DNA of 64,000 bases from Candidatus Multivoradales bacterium (GCA_965223155.1 CBDCVR010000015.1:736001-800000); one strand, 5' to 3'; shown: positions 10,754 through 20,765, counted from the stretch's first letter. Program-made: numbers and translations. Notes: a model not told the origin generated them from the letters alone.

Positions 10754-13444
10754 ATGATCTTGGACTTCACCCATTCAGCCTGGATTCGTCGAACCTCGCG
10801 GAGGGCCCAGTGGGCTCGCGGCCGGTCTGGCTCCGCGCTCACTGCGGGTTGGCTGGCTCTGGCCTTGGTCGTGGGCGGCTCCGGCCTGTTGCTTACCGCA
10901 GGCCCCGTACAAGCGGAAGGGCTGGTCGCTCCGGAGGCCTTTTTCGGCCACCCGATCGGAGCGGATCGGAAGCTCGCGCCGTATCCAAAGATCCTCGACT
11001 ACCTGCGCCATGTCGCCGAGGGCTCGGACCGCATCTCGATCGACGAGCTGGGCGACTCGACTCTGGGCAACCCGATGTGGGCCGTGGTCTTGACCTCGCC
11101 GGCGAATCAAGCCCGGCTCGAGGCGATCCGGGCGACCTCGCGCCGGCTCGCCAACGGCGACCGGCTGGCCGGCGACGAGGCCCAGGCGCTCATCGACGAG
11201 GGCAAGGTCGTGGCCCTCGTCACCTGCACGATTCATTCGACCGAGGTCGGCTGTACCCAGATGGCCGCCGAGTTCGCGCATGAGTTCGCCACCACCGAGG
11301 ATCCGAAGAAGACCGCCTGGATGGACGACGTGGTTCTGCTACTCATGCCGTCGATCAATCCGGACGGCCAGGTCCTGGTCATCGACTGGTACGAGAAGCA
11401 TCTTGGCACACCGTTCGAAGGCGGGCGCATGCCGTGGCTCTACCAGCACTATGTCGGGCACGACAACAACCGCGACTTCTACATGCTGACCCAGAAGGAA
11501 ACTCAGGTCGTGAATGATCTTCTCTACCGCGACTGGTTCCCGCAGGTCTTCGTGGACGAGCACCAAATGGGCTCGACCAGCGTGCGCATGTTCGTCCCGC
11601 CTCAGACCGACCCGCTGGCGCCCGAGGTCCATTCGCTCATCTTCCGGCAGGCCGATCTCATCGGCACCAACATGTCGTACCGCCTGGAAGAGGCCGGCAA
11701 GCTCGGGGTCGGACACAACATGATCTACGACAGCTACTGGCCCGGCGGCACGCGCAACACCGCCTGGTGGAAGAACGTCACGGGACTCTTGACCGAGGTC
11801 GCGAGCGTGCGTATCGCGACTCCGATCTACATCGATCCGGGCGAGCTGGTCGGCGGCCGCAAGGGCCTGCCCGAGTACAAGCGGCGGGCCAACTTCCCGT
11901 CGCCCTGGCCGGGCGGCTGGTGGCGCCTGCGCGACATCGTGGACTACGAGCTGGTCGCGACCTGGGCGCTTCTGGAGTCCGCTTCCCAGTACCGCGAGGA
12001 GATCCTCGCCAATTTCTCCACCATGGCCCGGGAGGCGGCCGCGGCCGGGGCTTCCGAGGCTCCCTACGCCTGGATCGTGGATCCGGAACAGCACGATCCG
12101 GTGGCCGCTGGCCGGCTGGTCGAGCTACTCCTGCGCCACGGCGTGCGAGTCGAGGTCGCGCGCCAGCCGTTCACGGTCGGACGCACCGCCTACCCGGCGG
12201 GAACCCACGTGGTGCCGGCGGCGCAGCCCTACCGGGCGTTTCTTCTCACCATGCTGCGGCCCCAGCGTTATCCCGAGGTGCGGCCGTACGTGGACGGACC
12301 GATCTTTCCGCCCTACGACGTCACGTCCTGGTCGCTGCCGATCTCGATGGGCGTCTCGGTGACCGAAAGCGGCGAGCCGCTCGACGGCCTCTTCGAATCC
12401 GTCTCCGTGGCCCAGTGGCAGACCGCCGAGGTCGGGTTTTCCGAAGCCGGCTACCTGCTGTCCCACGCAGAGGACTCGGCGTTTACGGCGCTCAACCGCG
12501 CCCTGGCGGACGGCGGCGAGGCCTACTTCCTGGCCGAGCCCGGCACCACGGCATCGGTCGGAGACATCTACCTGCCGGCCTCGACGGTCACCGATGACGA
12601 TCTCAACCGCTGGGCGGGGGAGTTGCACTTCCAGCCGCGCGCACTCGAACGCGCGCCGGCGGGCTCCGCCTACCGCGTCCAGCCGCAGCGGGTGGGCCTC
12701 TTCAAGCCCTGGGTGGCCTCGATGGACGAGGGCTGGACCCGATTTGTCCTCGAGAACTACGAGTTCCCGCTGACCAACTTGGACAACGAAGCGGTCAAGA
12801 CCGGCGCCTTCACGGAGACCACCGACGTCCTGCTTCTGCCCGACGTCGCACCCTCGATCCTCGAGACCGGGCGACCTGAGTCGGCCGAGCGCAGGCGCTT
12901 CGTCTCGCCGCTGCCCGAGCCCTACGCCGGCGGCATCGGCGACGAGGGCAAGGAGGCCATCGCCTCCTGGGTGCGCGCCGGTGGAACGCTGGTGGCTTTG
13001 GATTCGTCCACCGACTTCGCCATCGAGCTTTTCGACCTGCCGGTCCGGAACGTCGCCAAGGGCGCCGGCATCAATGCTCCAGGCACCCATGTACGCATCC
13101 TTGTCGATACCGAGCATCCGCTGGGGTACGGCATGCGGCCCGAGGAAGCCGCCTACTTCGCGCGCTCGCCGATCTTCCGCACCTCGGTGCCCGACGGACG
13201 CTTCGACCGGCGGGTAGTGGCCCGCTATCCCGACCACCGGGACGACGTCATGGTGTCCGGGTTCCTGGAGGGCGCCGAGCATTTCGAGCGGCGGGCGGCG
13301 GCGGTCGAGTATTCGGTCGGCGAAGGCACGGTCGTCTTGATCGGCTTCCGAGCCCAGCACCGGGCGCAGCCGCTGCGCACCTTCAAACTCTTGTTCAACG
13401 CCCTGCTCTACGGCGGCTTGGAAGAGGTCACGCTCGAGCCCTGA
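10754..13444 (+). CDS. Secreted M14-family zinc carboxypeptidase with C-terminal GATase-like domain
   Basis: IHSTE (HxxE), NPDG, DNNRD, DEHQMG; GGAGG RBS before the ATG at 10754. Confidence 0.88.
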   Translation: MILDFTHSAWIRRTSRRAQWARGRSGSALTAGWLALALVVGGSGLLLTAGPVQAEGLVAPEAFFGHPIGADRKLAPYPKILDYLRHVAEGSDRISIDELGDSTLGNPMWAVVLTSPANQARLEAIRATSRRLANGDRLAGDEAQALIDEGKVVALVTCTIHSTEVGCTQMAAEFAHEFATTEDPKKTAWMDDVVLLLMPSINPDGQVLVIDWYEKHLGTPFEGGRMPWLYQHYVGHDNNRDFYMLTQKETQVVNDLLYRDWFPQVFVDEHQMGSTSVRMFVPPQTDPLAPEVHSLIFRQADLIGTNMSYRLEEAGKLGVGHNMIYDSYWPGGTRNTAWWKNVTGLLTEVASVRIATPIYIDPGELVGGRKGLPEYKRRANFPSPWPGGWWRLRDIVDYELVATWALLESASQYREEILANFSTMAREAAAAGASEAPYAWIVDPEQHDPVAAGRLVELLLRHGVRVEVARQPFTVGRTAYPAGTHVVPAAQPYRAFLLTMLRPQRYPEVRPYVDGPIFPPYDVTSWSLPISMGVSVTESGEPLDGLFESVSVAQWQTAEVGFSEAGYLLSHAEDSAFTALNRALADGGEAYFLAEPGTTASVGDIYLPASTVTDDDLNRWAGELHFQPRALERAPAGSAYRVQPQRVGLFKPWVASMDEGWTRFVLENYEFPLTNLDNEAVKTGAFTETTDVLLLPDVAPSILETGRPESAERRRFVSPLPEPYAGGIGDEGKEAIASWVRAGGTLVALDSSTDFAIELFDLPVRNVAKGAGINAPGTHVRILVDTEHPLGYGMRPEEAAYFARSPIFRTSVPDGRFDRRVVARYPDHRDDVMVSGFLEGAEHFERRAAAVEYSVGEGTVVLIGFRAQHRAQPLRTFKLLFNALLYGGLEEVTLEP

Positions 13445-13560
13445 GGCGCAGGCCCCAGAGGGGAGCCGTGCCCGAGCTCGCCGCATCTCGGCGGCCGGAT
13501 TTCTGCAAGTTCGCCGGGGCTTCCCCATCCTCCGAAGATTCCGGTACACTTACAAAGTTC

Positions 13561-13890
13561 ATGTGGAGCGTCCTGCGAGTCGGGGTCCTTGCCGCACTCC
13601 TCGGAGTCGCGCTGCTGCTGCCGTCACCCGCCGCCGAAGCCCAGTGCTTGGACGCCGAGGCCTGCGCGGAGTTGAAGGCCGAGATCGGCAAGCTCCGGCC
13701 CGATCTGCGGGATCTGCGCCGGCAGGCCAAGCGTCTGCGCCGCGCCTTTGCGAGCCTCGAGCCCGAGTCCGATGAGTGGCTCGAGGCACGCCGGGAGCTG
13801 CGCAAGCTCAAGCGGGAGGCCCGTGCGCTACGCCGCTCCGCCCGCGCCCTGCGCCGCGACTTCCGGCATCAGGGCTGCCTGAACTGTTAG
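13561..13890 (+). CDS. Small secreted Arg-rich coiled-coil protein
   Basis: Signal peptide ending AEA; helical heptad pattern; Cys pairs at both ends. Confidence 0.65.
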   Translation: MWSVLRVGVLAALLGVALLLPSPAAEAQCLDAEACAELKAEIGKLRPDLRDLRRQAKRLRRAFASLEPESDEWLEARRELRKLKREARALRRSARALRRDFRHQGCLNC

Positions 13891-13945
13891 CCTCGGAAAC
13901 TGGTCCGCCTATCCGCCGGGACAAGGCGCGGACCGGGACGGAATC

Positions 13946-15307
13946 ATGCTCAAAGGCTGGGGCGGCATCTCTTCACCCGCGCGCGAGATCGCCTCGGACG
14001 ATCTCGCCGCCGCCACTCGTGGCGCTGTCCTGACCCGCGGCCTGGGCCGCTCCTATGGCGACTCGTCCCTGCCCCCCGACGCCGACTCGCGCGTGGCCTC
14101 GAGCGTGCTCGCCGACCGCATCGTCTCGTTCGACGACACCAGCGGCCTCTTGATCGCCGAGGCGGGCTTGTCGATCGGAGCCATCCAGCGGATCTTCCTG
14201 CCCCGGCGCTGGTCCTTCCCCGTCCTGCCGGGAACCCAGTTCGTCACCTTGGGAGGCGCCGTCGCCGCCGACGTCCACGGCAAGAACCACCACGTTGAAG
14301 GCACCGTCGGCCGCCACGTTACCGCGCTCAAGCTGCGGCTCGCCGACGACCAGATCGTCAAGTGCAGCCGCGAGGTCGAGGCCGATCTTTTCGCCGCCAC
14401 CCTCGGCGGCATGGGCTTGACCGGGCACATCCTCGAGGTCGCGGTGCGACTCGAGCGCATTCCTTCCCCCTGGATCTGGGCCGAGAGCGAGCGCGTCGTC
14501 GGGCTCGACGCCTTCGTCGAGACCCTGCGCCGCTCGGCCGACGACTGGCCGTTCACGGTGGGCTGGCTCGATGCCCTGGCCAGTGGCGCCAACCTCGGAC
14601 GGGGCATCATGATCCGTGGCCGCTGGGCCCGGCCCGAGGAAGCACCGGACGCGCCGCCCGCGCCCAAGCGCCGGGTCACGGTTCCGTTCCCCCTGCCTGG
14701 ATTCGTGCTCAACTCCCTTTCCATGCGCGCCTTCAACACGCTCTACTACCACCGGCACCCGCGCCGCCCGCGCCGGGGCATCGAGCACCCCGAGTCGTTC
14801 TTCCACCCGCTCGACGCCATCCGGCACTGGAACCGGATCTACGGCCGGGGCGGCTTCACCCAGCACCAGTGCGTACTGCCCGAACAGGACCGGCCCGGCG
14901 CCACCCAGCGCTATCTCGAACGCCTGGTGGCAAGCGGCGCCGGCTCGTTTCTGTGCGTCATCAAGGACTGCGGACCGGAGGGCGAAGGCGTGCTCTCGTT
15001 TCCGCGGCCGGGAATCTCGATCGCGGTGGATCTGCCGGTGCGCCGCACGACGCAGAGCCTCGTCGACGAGCTCAACCAGCGCGTCCTGGCGGAGGGCGGC
15101 CGCATCTACCTGGCCAAGGACTCCTTCACCCGGGCGCGGGATTTCCAGGCCATGGAGCCGAGGCTCGAGCGCTTCCGCCGGATCCGGGCCCAATGGGACC
15201 CCGCCGGGCGGCTGGCGAGTGCCCAGTCCCGGCGGCTCTTCGAGCCCGCCGGAGCCGAAAGCGTCGAGCCCGCGGCGCTCTCCAAGCCGCTCGAGGGCCT
15301 GGCATGA
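13946..15307 (+). CDS. FAD-binding oxidoreductase, DprE1-like (polyprenylphosphoryl-ribose oxidase family)
   Basis: RGLGRSYGD, PGTQFVTLGGAVAADVHGKNHH, GGMGLTG, GGRIYLAKD. Confidence 0.9.
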   Translation: MLKGWGGISSPAREIASDDLAAATRGAVLTRGLGRSYGDSSLPPDADSRVASSVLADRIVSFDDTSGLLIAEAGLSIGAIQRIFLPRRWSFPVLPGTQFVTLGGAVAADVHGKNHHVEGTVGRHVTALKLRLADDQIVKCSREVEADLFAATLGGMGLTGHILEVAVRLERIPSPWIWAESERVVGLDAFVETLRRSADDWPFTVGWLDALASGANLGRGIMIRGRWARPEEAPDAPPAPKRRVTVPFPLPGFVLNSLSMRAFNTLYYHRHPRRPRRGIEHPESFFHPLDAIRHWNRIYGRGGFTQHQCVLPEQDRPGATQRYLERLVASGAGSFLCVIKDCGPEGEGVLSFPRPGISIAVDLPVRRTTQSLVDELNQRVLAEGGRIYLAKDSFTRARDFQAMEPRLERFRRIRAQWDPAGRLASAQSRRLFEPAGAESVEPAALSKPLEGLA

Positions 15308-16044
15308 ACGTCGTTCTGCTGGGAGGTACCCGCGGCATGGGCCGCGCGCTGGCGCGCTTGATGGCCGCCCGTGGCGACCGGCTCTTTCTCATCGGCAGAA
15401 CTTCCGCCGATCTCGAGGCGAGCGCCGCCGATCTCGCCGCCAGAAGCTCCGAGGGCCTTCGCATCGGCACGGCGCGCTGCGACCTACTCGAGCCGGAGAC
15501 CTTCAGCCCGGCGCTCGCCAAGGCCGAGGCCACCCTGGGCGGCATCGACTGCGTGGTGGTGACGGCGGGGCTCTTCGCGACCCAGGACGAGCTCGAGGCG
15601 GACCCCGAGGGCCTGCGCAGGGTGCTCGATGCCGATTTCGCCCGCACGGTCGAATTCTGTGAAGAGGCCCGCAAGCGGCTCCTGGCCGGAGGCGGTGGAA
15701 CGCTCTGCGTCTTCTCCTCGGTGGCCGGTGAGCGGGGACGCAAGCCCGTCGTCCTCTACGGCGCCGCCAAGGCCGGTCTCACCCACTACCTCGAAGGGCT
15801 CGACCACAAGTTCCACGACCAGGGCCTGGCCGTCGTTTGCGTCAAGCCGGGCTTCGTCAAGACCGGCATGACCGCGGGCCTCGATCCACCGCCCTTTGCC
15901 GGTGAGCCCGAGGCGGTCGCCCGGCGCGTGCTCCGCGCCATCGATCGCAAGACTCCGGTGGTCTACGCTCCCGCCGCCTGGCGCTGGATCATGCTGGTGA
16001 TCCGCAACCTGCCCCGCGCGGTCATGCGCAGGATCGGCTTCTAG
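15304..16044 (+). CDS. SDR oxidoreductase, DprE2-like
   Basis: GGTRGMG, SSVAGERGR, YGAAK, KPGFVKT; ATGA overlap with the upstream gene. Confidence 0.88.
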   Translation: MNVVLLGGTRGMGRALARLMAARGDRLFLIGRTSADLEASAADLAARSSEGLRIGTARCDLLEPETFSPALAKAEATLGGIDCVVVTAGLFATQDELEADPEGLRRVLDADFARTVEFCEEARKRLLAGGGGTLCVFSSVAGERGRKPVVLYGAAKAGLTHYLEGLDHKFHDQGLAVVCVKPGFVKTGMTAGLDPPPFAGEPEAVARRVLRAIDRKTPVVYAPAAWRWIMLVIRNLPRAVMRRIGF

Positions 16045-16054
16045 CCAGCTCGTC

Positions 16055-16963
16055 TCAGCGCCGTTCGGAGCCGGAAGCCGCAACCGGCGGAACCTCCAGC
16101 TTGGCTGCCCCCGAGACCTCGAGCGAATCGGCCTCGGCCAAGAACGCCACCAGGGTCAAGCCGTCGCGGCGCCAGGACGGATCGAGGGCGATGCGAGCCG
16201 AGCGTTCGCCGGAGGCTCCAATCTGGCCCCCTACCCTCTCCAGGTGCCGGACGACATGATCGTTGCGCAGGGTCTTCCGGGCGTTCTCGCCACGACCGAC
16301 CGCCGTCACGAGATCGCGCTCGGCGACGGCCAGGAAGAGCTCGAGCGCTCCACGCTCCGGCACCGAAGCCGCCGTCCAGCCCACTCGGACCACGAGCTCG
16401 CCGGCGGCGCTCGCGGCAAGAAGATCCAGCTTGGCCCGGCCCGGGCGGCGCGCGGCTCGGGCCAGCAACTCTTCGACCCGTGGGCGGTTGGAGCCCACCG
16501 TCTCGGAGCGGCCGTCGATCACCACCTGCGGCGTGTAGATGCGGTTGCTGCCAAAGCGCCGAGCGTAGGCTCGTTGCCGTTCGGACCAGAGCTTCGACGA
16601 GAAGGGATCGGTCCAGCCGATGTAGTTCCAGTAGTCGACGTGGAAGGACAGCGGGATGAGGTCGTCGTGGCGGCCGAGCTCGGTCAAGAGCCGATCCGCG
16701 GGCGGGCAGCTCGAACAGCCCTGGGAGGTAAATAGCTCGATCAGAATGCCGTTGGTGCCTCGGAGCCCGGACTCGCTGGAGTCCCTGGCCCTGCTGGCCC
16801 TGCTGCCGCTGATGCCTCCGCTGCCTCCACTGGCTCCACTGACTCCGCTGCCTCCACTGACTCCGCTGGCTCCGCTGCCTCCGCTGGCTCGAGTACCTGT
16901 AGCGACAAGACCGGCCAGGCCCCCGAGTACGACGACCATACCGATCGCGAGTTTGCCGTGCAT
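16055..16963 (-). CDS. DUF1223 thioredoxin-like protein with Gly/Ser linker
   Basis: ELFTSQGCSSCPPAD, HVDYWNY.GW.DPF, YTPQ, RGEN..KTL. Confidence 0.9.
   Translation of the reverse strand: MHGKLAIGMVVVLGGLAGLVATGTRASGGSGASGVSGGSGVSGASGGSGGISGSRASRARDSSESGLRGTNGILIELFTSQGCSSCPPADRLLTELGRHDDLIPLSFHVDYWNYIGWTDPFSSKLWSERQRAYARRFGSNRIYTPQVVIDGRSETVGSNRPRVEELLARAARRPGRAKLDLLAASAAGELVVRVGWTAASVPERGALELFLAVAERDLVTAVGRGENARKTLRNDHVVRHLERVGGQIGASGERSARIALDPSWRRDGLTLVAFLAEADSLEVSGAAKLEVPPVAASGSERR
16805..16890. repeat. Degenerate 9-bp tandem repeat encoding (SGG/SGA/SGV)n
   Basis: CCGCTGCCT/CCACTGGCT/CCACTGACT units visible. Confidence 0.8.
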
Positions 16964-17120
16964 GCCTGATCTTACGGGCGGGGCGGGCGGACGGTTCGCC
17001 TCGCCGGGTCCGTGGCAAGATCGCCCGATGGCGGAGGTTCGGAACCGAGCAAACGAGGCGCGTCGGCGTTCCCGATGCCTTGTCAGAGCCACCGGCCTCG
17101 GCCTCAGGAAGCCTCCTGGA

Positions 17121-18638
17121 ATGATGGCGAGGCCGCGAACTCTAGGCCTTCTCGGAGCGACGCTGGCGATCGCGGCCGCGGTTGCCGGCTGTGCCGAGAC
17201 TCGCAAGGCGGACGGCCAGCGCCACTCCGAGCTTTGGGGCGCGCGCGGAGAGCTCTGGCGACCCGATGGCCGGTTGCCGGACTTCTCCCATGCCGGCTAC
17301 CGGGGGGGCGCGGAGCTGCCGCGCGTTCCGGTGGCCGCCAACGTCCGCGCCTTCGGCGCCCGTGGCGACGGCACTACCGACGACGGCCCCGCCTTCGTCG
17401 CAGCGATCGCCGCCGTTGCCGCCACCGGCAAGCCCGGGGCGGTCTGGATCCCTCCGGGGCGCTACCTCATCCGGGAGGTGCTCTTCCTCAAGACCAGCGG
17501 CGTGGTTCTGCGCGGCGCCGGCCCGGAGACGACGACCCTGGTCTTCCCGGAGCCCTTGTTCGAAGCGCTGGGCGAGGGGCCCTGGGGCGGCCCCTACGGC
17601 TGGTCCTGGGGGGGCGGCTGGATCTGGGCGCACGGCGAGTTCGAGGAGCTGCCGGCCGTCGCCCGGATCGTCCGGGACGCGGCGCGCGGCGCCACCGAGC
17701 TGGCCGTTGACGCCGCCGCCCGGCTCGAAGGCGGCGACCTCGTTCGTCTGCTCCAGACCGAGACCGACGGATCGCTCTCCACGCACCTTCACGCCGACAA
17801 CGAGTTTCCCGGACCGTGCTGGGTCGAGAGGCCCGGCTTCCGAACCATCGACTGGGTCGTGCCGATTGAGCGCGTCGGCCGCGACCAGGTCACTTTGGCC
17901 CGTCCGCTCCGGGTCGACGTTCGCACCGAGTGGAGCCCGGCCCTGGCGCCGTTTCGGGCCTCGGTACGCGAGGTCGGCGTCGAAGACCTCGCGATCGAGT
18001 TCCCGGAGGTGCCCTACGCCGGCCACCACATGGAGCCCGGCTACAACGCGATCTACTTCCACGACGTGGTCGATTCCTGGGTCCAAAACGTCGAGGTACG
18101 GAACTTCGACAACGCGATCTCTTTCTGGCACAACCGCCACTCGACCGCGCGCCACCTGCGCCTGACCGGCCGGGGCGGTCACTACGCCGTCAATCTGGGG
18201 GCCTCGCAAGACAGCCTGGTCACCGACTTCGTTCTCGAGAACCGATCGGAGCACGATCTGTCGGTGTCGAACCTCGCCAACGGCAACGTCTTTACGACCG
18301 GCCGGGGCGTGGCCGTCAACCTCGACCATCATCGAGGAGCGCCCTACGAGAACCTCTTCTCGAACATCGACCTGGGCGAGTCCTGGCGGACGAAACGCGT
18401 GTGGGCCTCGAGCGGCGCCGAGTCCGGGCACATCTCGGCCGCCCGCGAAACCTTCTGGAACCTTCGGCCGCAGGTCTCGACCCGATGGATCCCGCCATGG
18501 CCAGCGCTCAATGTGATCGGCCCGCTGGAGGCGACCCGGGAATCGCGCAAGGTATTCGAGGACGCTTGGCTCGAAGACCGCCCGGCGCTCGAGCCGACCG
18601 ATCTCTACGCCGCTCAGGTGGCCGCGCGGCGGCGCTAG
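17121..18638 (+). CDS. Right-handed beta-helix lipoprotein (pectate lyase-3-like polysaccharide enzyme)
   Basis: Lipobox VAGC; LPDFSHAGY; NVRAFGARGDGTTDD; IPPGRY; VVLRGAG. Confidence 0.82.
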   Translation: MMARPRTLGLLGATLAIAAAVAGCAETRKADGQRHSELWGARGELWRPDGRLPDFSHAGYRGGAELPRVPVAANVRAFGARGDGTTDDGPAFVAAIAAVAATGKPGAVWIPPGRYLIREVLFLKTSGVVLRGAGPETTTLVFPEPLFEALGEGPWGGPYGWSWGGGWIWAHGEFEELPAVARIVRDAARGATELAVDAAARLEGGDLVRLLQTETDGSLSTHLHADNEFPGPCWVERPGFRTIDWVVPIERVGRDQVTLARPLRVDVRTEWSPALAPFRASVREVGVEDLAIEFPEVPYAGHHMEPGYNAIYFHDVVDSWVQNVEVRNFDNAISFWHNRHSTARHLRLTGRGGHYAVNLGASQDSLVTDFVLENRSEHDLSVSNLANGNVFTTGRGVAVNLDHHRGAPYENLFSNIDLGESWRTKRVWASSGAESGHISAARETFWNLRPQVSTRWIPPWPALNVIGPLEATRESRKVFEDAWLEDRPALEPTDLYAAQVAARRR

Positions 18639-18674
18639 CGGTCTTCACGCCGGAGGCCCGGCGAGAAACCAGCG

Positions 18675-20765
18675 CTAGTTGCCCAGGTAGCCGAGCGCTT
18701 CGAGCTGCTTACGCAGCTCCGGGTCGGCTTCCAGGTCTTCCAGATGCAGGCCCTGCTCGGTCCAGGCCTTGCCCACCAGCTCGTCGAGCCGAGCTTCGAA
18801 GCGGGCCCGGAGCTCGGCGCGCTCGTCGGCCAGGTTGCTTTGCTCCCGAGGATCGGTACCCAGGTCGTAGAGCTCTTGAATCAACTCTTGGGCGTCCCCC
18901 GCCTCTGGGATTGGGGGATCCGCGCCGCGCAACGTACGCACGTACTTGAAGCCGCGGAACCGCACCGCCTTGGCGATGGTGTCCCGAATGTGGACGTGCT
19001 CGGCAAGGGCGTCCACCTCGGACAGCTTCTCGCCCCGGAGTAGCGGCACCAGGCTCCGGCCCTGGACCGCGGGATCCACCGGCAGCCCGAGAAGCTCGAA
19101 CACCGTCGGCAGGACGTCGATCAGCCGCACCTGCTGGCCGATGACGCCTTCGCCATCGCCGGCAATCCCCAGCTCTCTGCGCAGCGCCTTGGGCACGTGC
19201 ACGATGAGCGGCACCAAGAGCTGATGGTCGTAGAGGTTCTGGCCGTGGCGCCAGGTGCCATGCTCCCAGAACTGCTCGCCGTGGTCGCTGGTGATGACGA
19301 CGATCGCCCGCGACAGCAGATCGCTGCCCGCGAGCCGGTCGAGAAGGGCGCCGAGCTGGTCATCGGTGAACCGAATGTCGCCGTCGTAGAGCGCCTTGAT
19401 GTAGACCTTCTCCTCGGCGGTCAGCTCCTTGTCGAACCGTTTCCAGCGGTTCTCGTCGAAGTAGCCATCGAGCCGTCCTGAGGGCAGACCTTCGGCGAAG
19501 GTGGTGCTCACGTACGGATCGTGCGGCTCGTAGGTGTGGAGAAAGACGAAGCGCTTGCGGCCCGTTCCGGCCTCGAGGGCGGCTTCCAGCGGCTCCGGCT
19601 GGCGCAGCCAGTCATGGATGCGATAGGTGTCGAACCCGCTCGACAGCTCCAACCGGTGGTGCATGACGCCGCCGCCGGTCCAGGCCTCGGTGCGGTACCC
19701 GGCTTCCCAAAGGCGCTCGGCCAGGAGCTTGGGCTCGAGGCCGCCATGCGACTGTGGATAGAGGCCGCTAAAGAGCGACCGGTGCGCCGGATAGGTCCAG
19801 GGCGCGGTGCTCACCGCGGTCGCGAAGCGAAAGGAGCGCTCGGCATAGGCATCCATCCAGGGGCTGGTATCGCGCTCGTAGCCGTAGCTCCCCAGGTGAT
19901 CCGCCCGCAGGGTGTCGAGGCTGATGAGGACGACGTTCCAGCCGGCCTCGACCTGGTCGCGGCCGCGAATCTCGGGCGACGAGATGAGCGCCCAGTCCGA
20001 GCGGCCGGCCCGGGTCTCTCCGACTCGGCTCTCTCCCGGCTCGGTTTCGAAGACCAGCTCGATCGGCCCCCGGGCCGCCGGGCCAAGACGCTCTGCCAGG
20101 TCGATCTCGACATCGACCCAGGCGGCGTCGAGTCCGACCCCCACCGTGCGCTCGAAGAGCTTCGTGAACTCCTCCGGCTCGGCGCCCTCGGTCTCGGACG
20201 CCACCGGACGCGCCAGAAGCCGGAATCGAACCTCGCCCTCCCACGATCGGTTGGCGGAGTCTCCGGGCCCATCGCCGGCGCCGCCCGTTGCGCCCAACGC
20301 CAGATCCGCCGAGACCTCGGCGGCCGGCTCGGGTGGCGACTCGGGCAAGGCCCCGACGCCGAAGGTCAGGACCGCGTCCCGGGGCAGATCCAACCGGTAC
20401 CGGAAGCGCGCGCCGGCCGGCCCGAAAAGACACAACCGCTCTTCGCTGCCGCCGGTCGCGGCCTGAAGGGCCAGGCGCGCGGTATGCCCGCGCACGCGGA
20501 CCTTGCCGTCGCGCCGGCGAGCCTTGCGGGCCATCCGGCGTAGCCCGGCCTTGCTCTTGCGGCTGGCGTCGGCCAGCTCGACGTTGGCCGCCTCGGTGCG
20601 GTCGAGAAGCCGGATCGTGCGCGCGGTGCCGGCGCCGTCTCCGCCAGGCTGCCCGCAGCCCAGAGCCTGAAGCCCACCCAGAACGGCAACCAGAAAGCCC
20701 GCCGCGGTCCACCGCCCGACTCGGTTCGGCCAGCGCACGACAAGCGTCGTCCTAGCCGGCATCAC
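18675..20765 (-). CDS. Sulfatase-like (alkaline phosphatase superfamily) lipoprotein
   Basis: SLDTLRADHLG.YGY, PWTYPAH, HTYEPHDPY, YDGDI, TSDHGE, ELYDL..DPREQ. Confidence 0.88.
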   Translation of the reverse strand: MMPARTTLVVRWPNRVGRWTAAGFLVAVLGGLQALGCGQPGGDGAGTARTIRLLDRTEAANVELADASRKSKAGLRRMARKARRRDGKVRVRGHTARLALQAATGGSEERLCLFGPAGARFRYRLDLPRDAVLTFGVGALPESPPEPAAEVSADLALGATGGAGDGPGDSANRSWEGEVRFRLLARPVASETEGAEPEEFTKLFERTVGVGLDAAWVDVEIDLAERLGPAARGPIELVFETEPGESRVGETRAGRSDWALISSPEIRGRDQVEAGWNVVLISLDTLRADHLGSYGYERDTSPWMDAYAERSFRFATAVSTAPWTYPAHRSLFSGLYPQSHGGLEPKLLAERLWEAGYRTEAWTGGGVMHHRLELSSGFDTYRIHDWLRQPEPLEAALEAGTGRKRFVFLHTYEPHDPYVSTTFAEGLPSGRLDGYFDENRWKRFDKELTAEEKVYIKALYDGDIRFTDDQLGALLDRLAGSDLLSRAIVVITSDHGEQFWEHGTWRHGQNLYDHQLLVPLIVHVPKALRRELGIAGDGEGVIGQQVRLIDVLPTVFELLGLPVDPAVQGRSLVPLLRGEKLSEVDALAEHVHIRDTIAKAVRFRGFKYVRTLRGADPPIPEAGDAQELIQELYDLGTDPREQSNLADERAELRARFEARLDELVGKAWTEQGLHLEDLEADPELRKQLEALGYLGN

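Noticed and set aside
14362-16044. 560-aa ORF suggesting a fused SDR
   Set aside because: The upstream part is an alternative frame of the DprE1-like gene; the real start is the ATGA overlap at 15304
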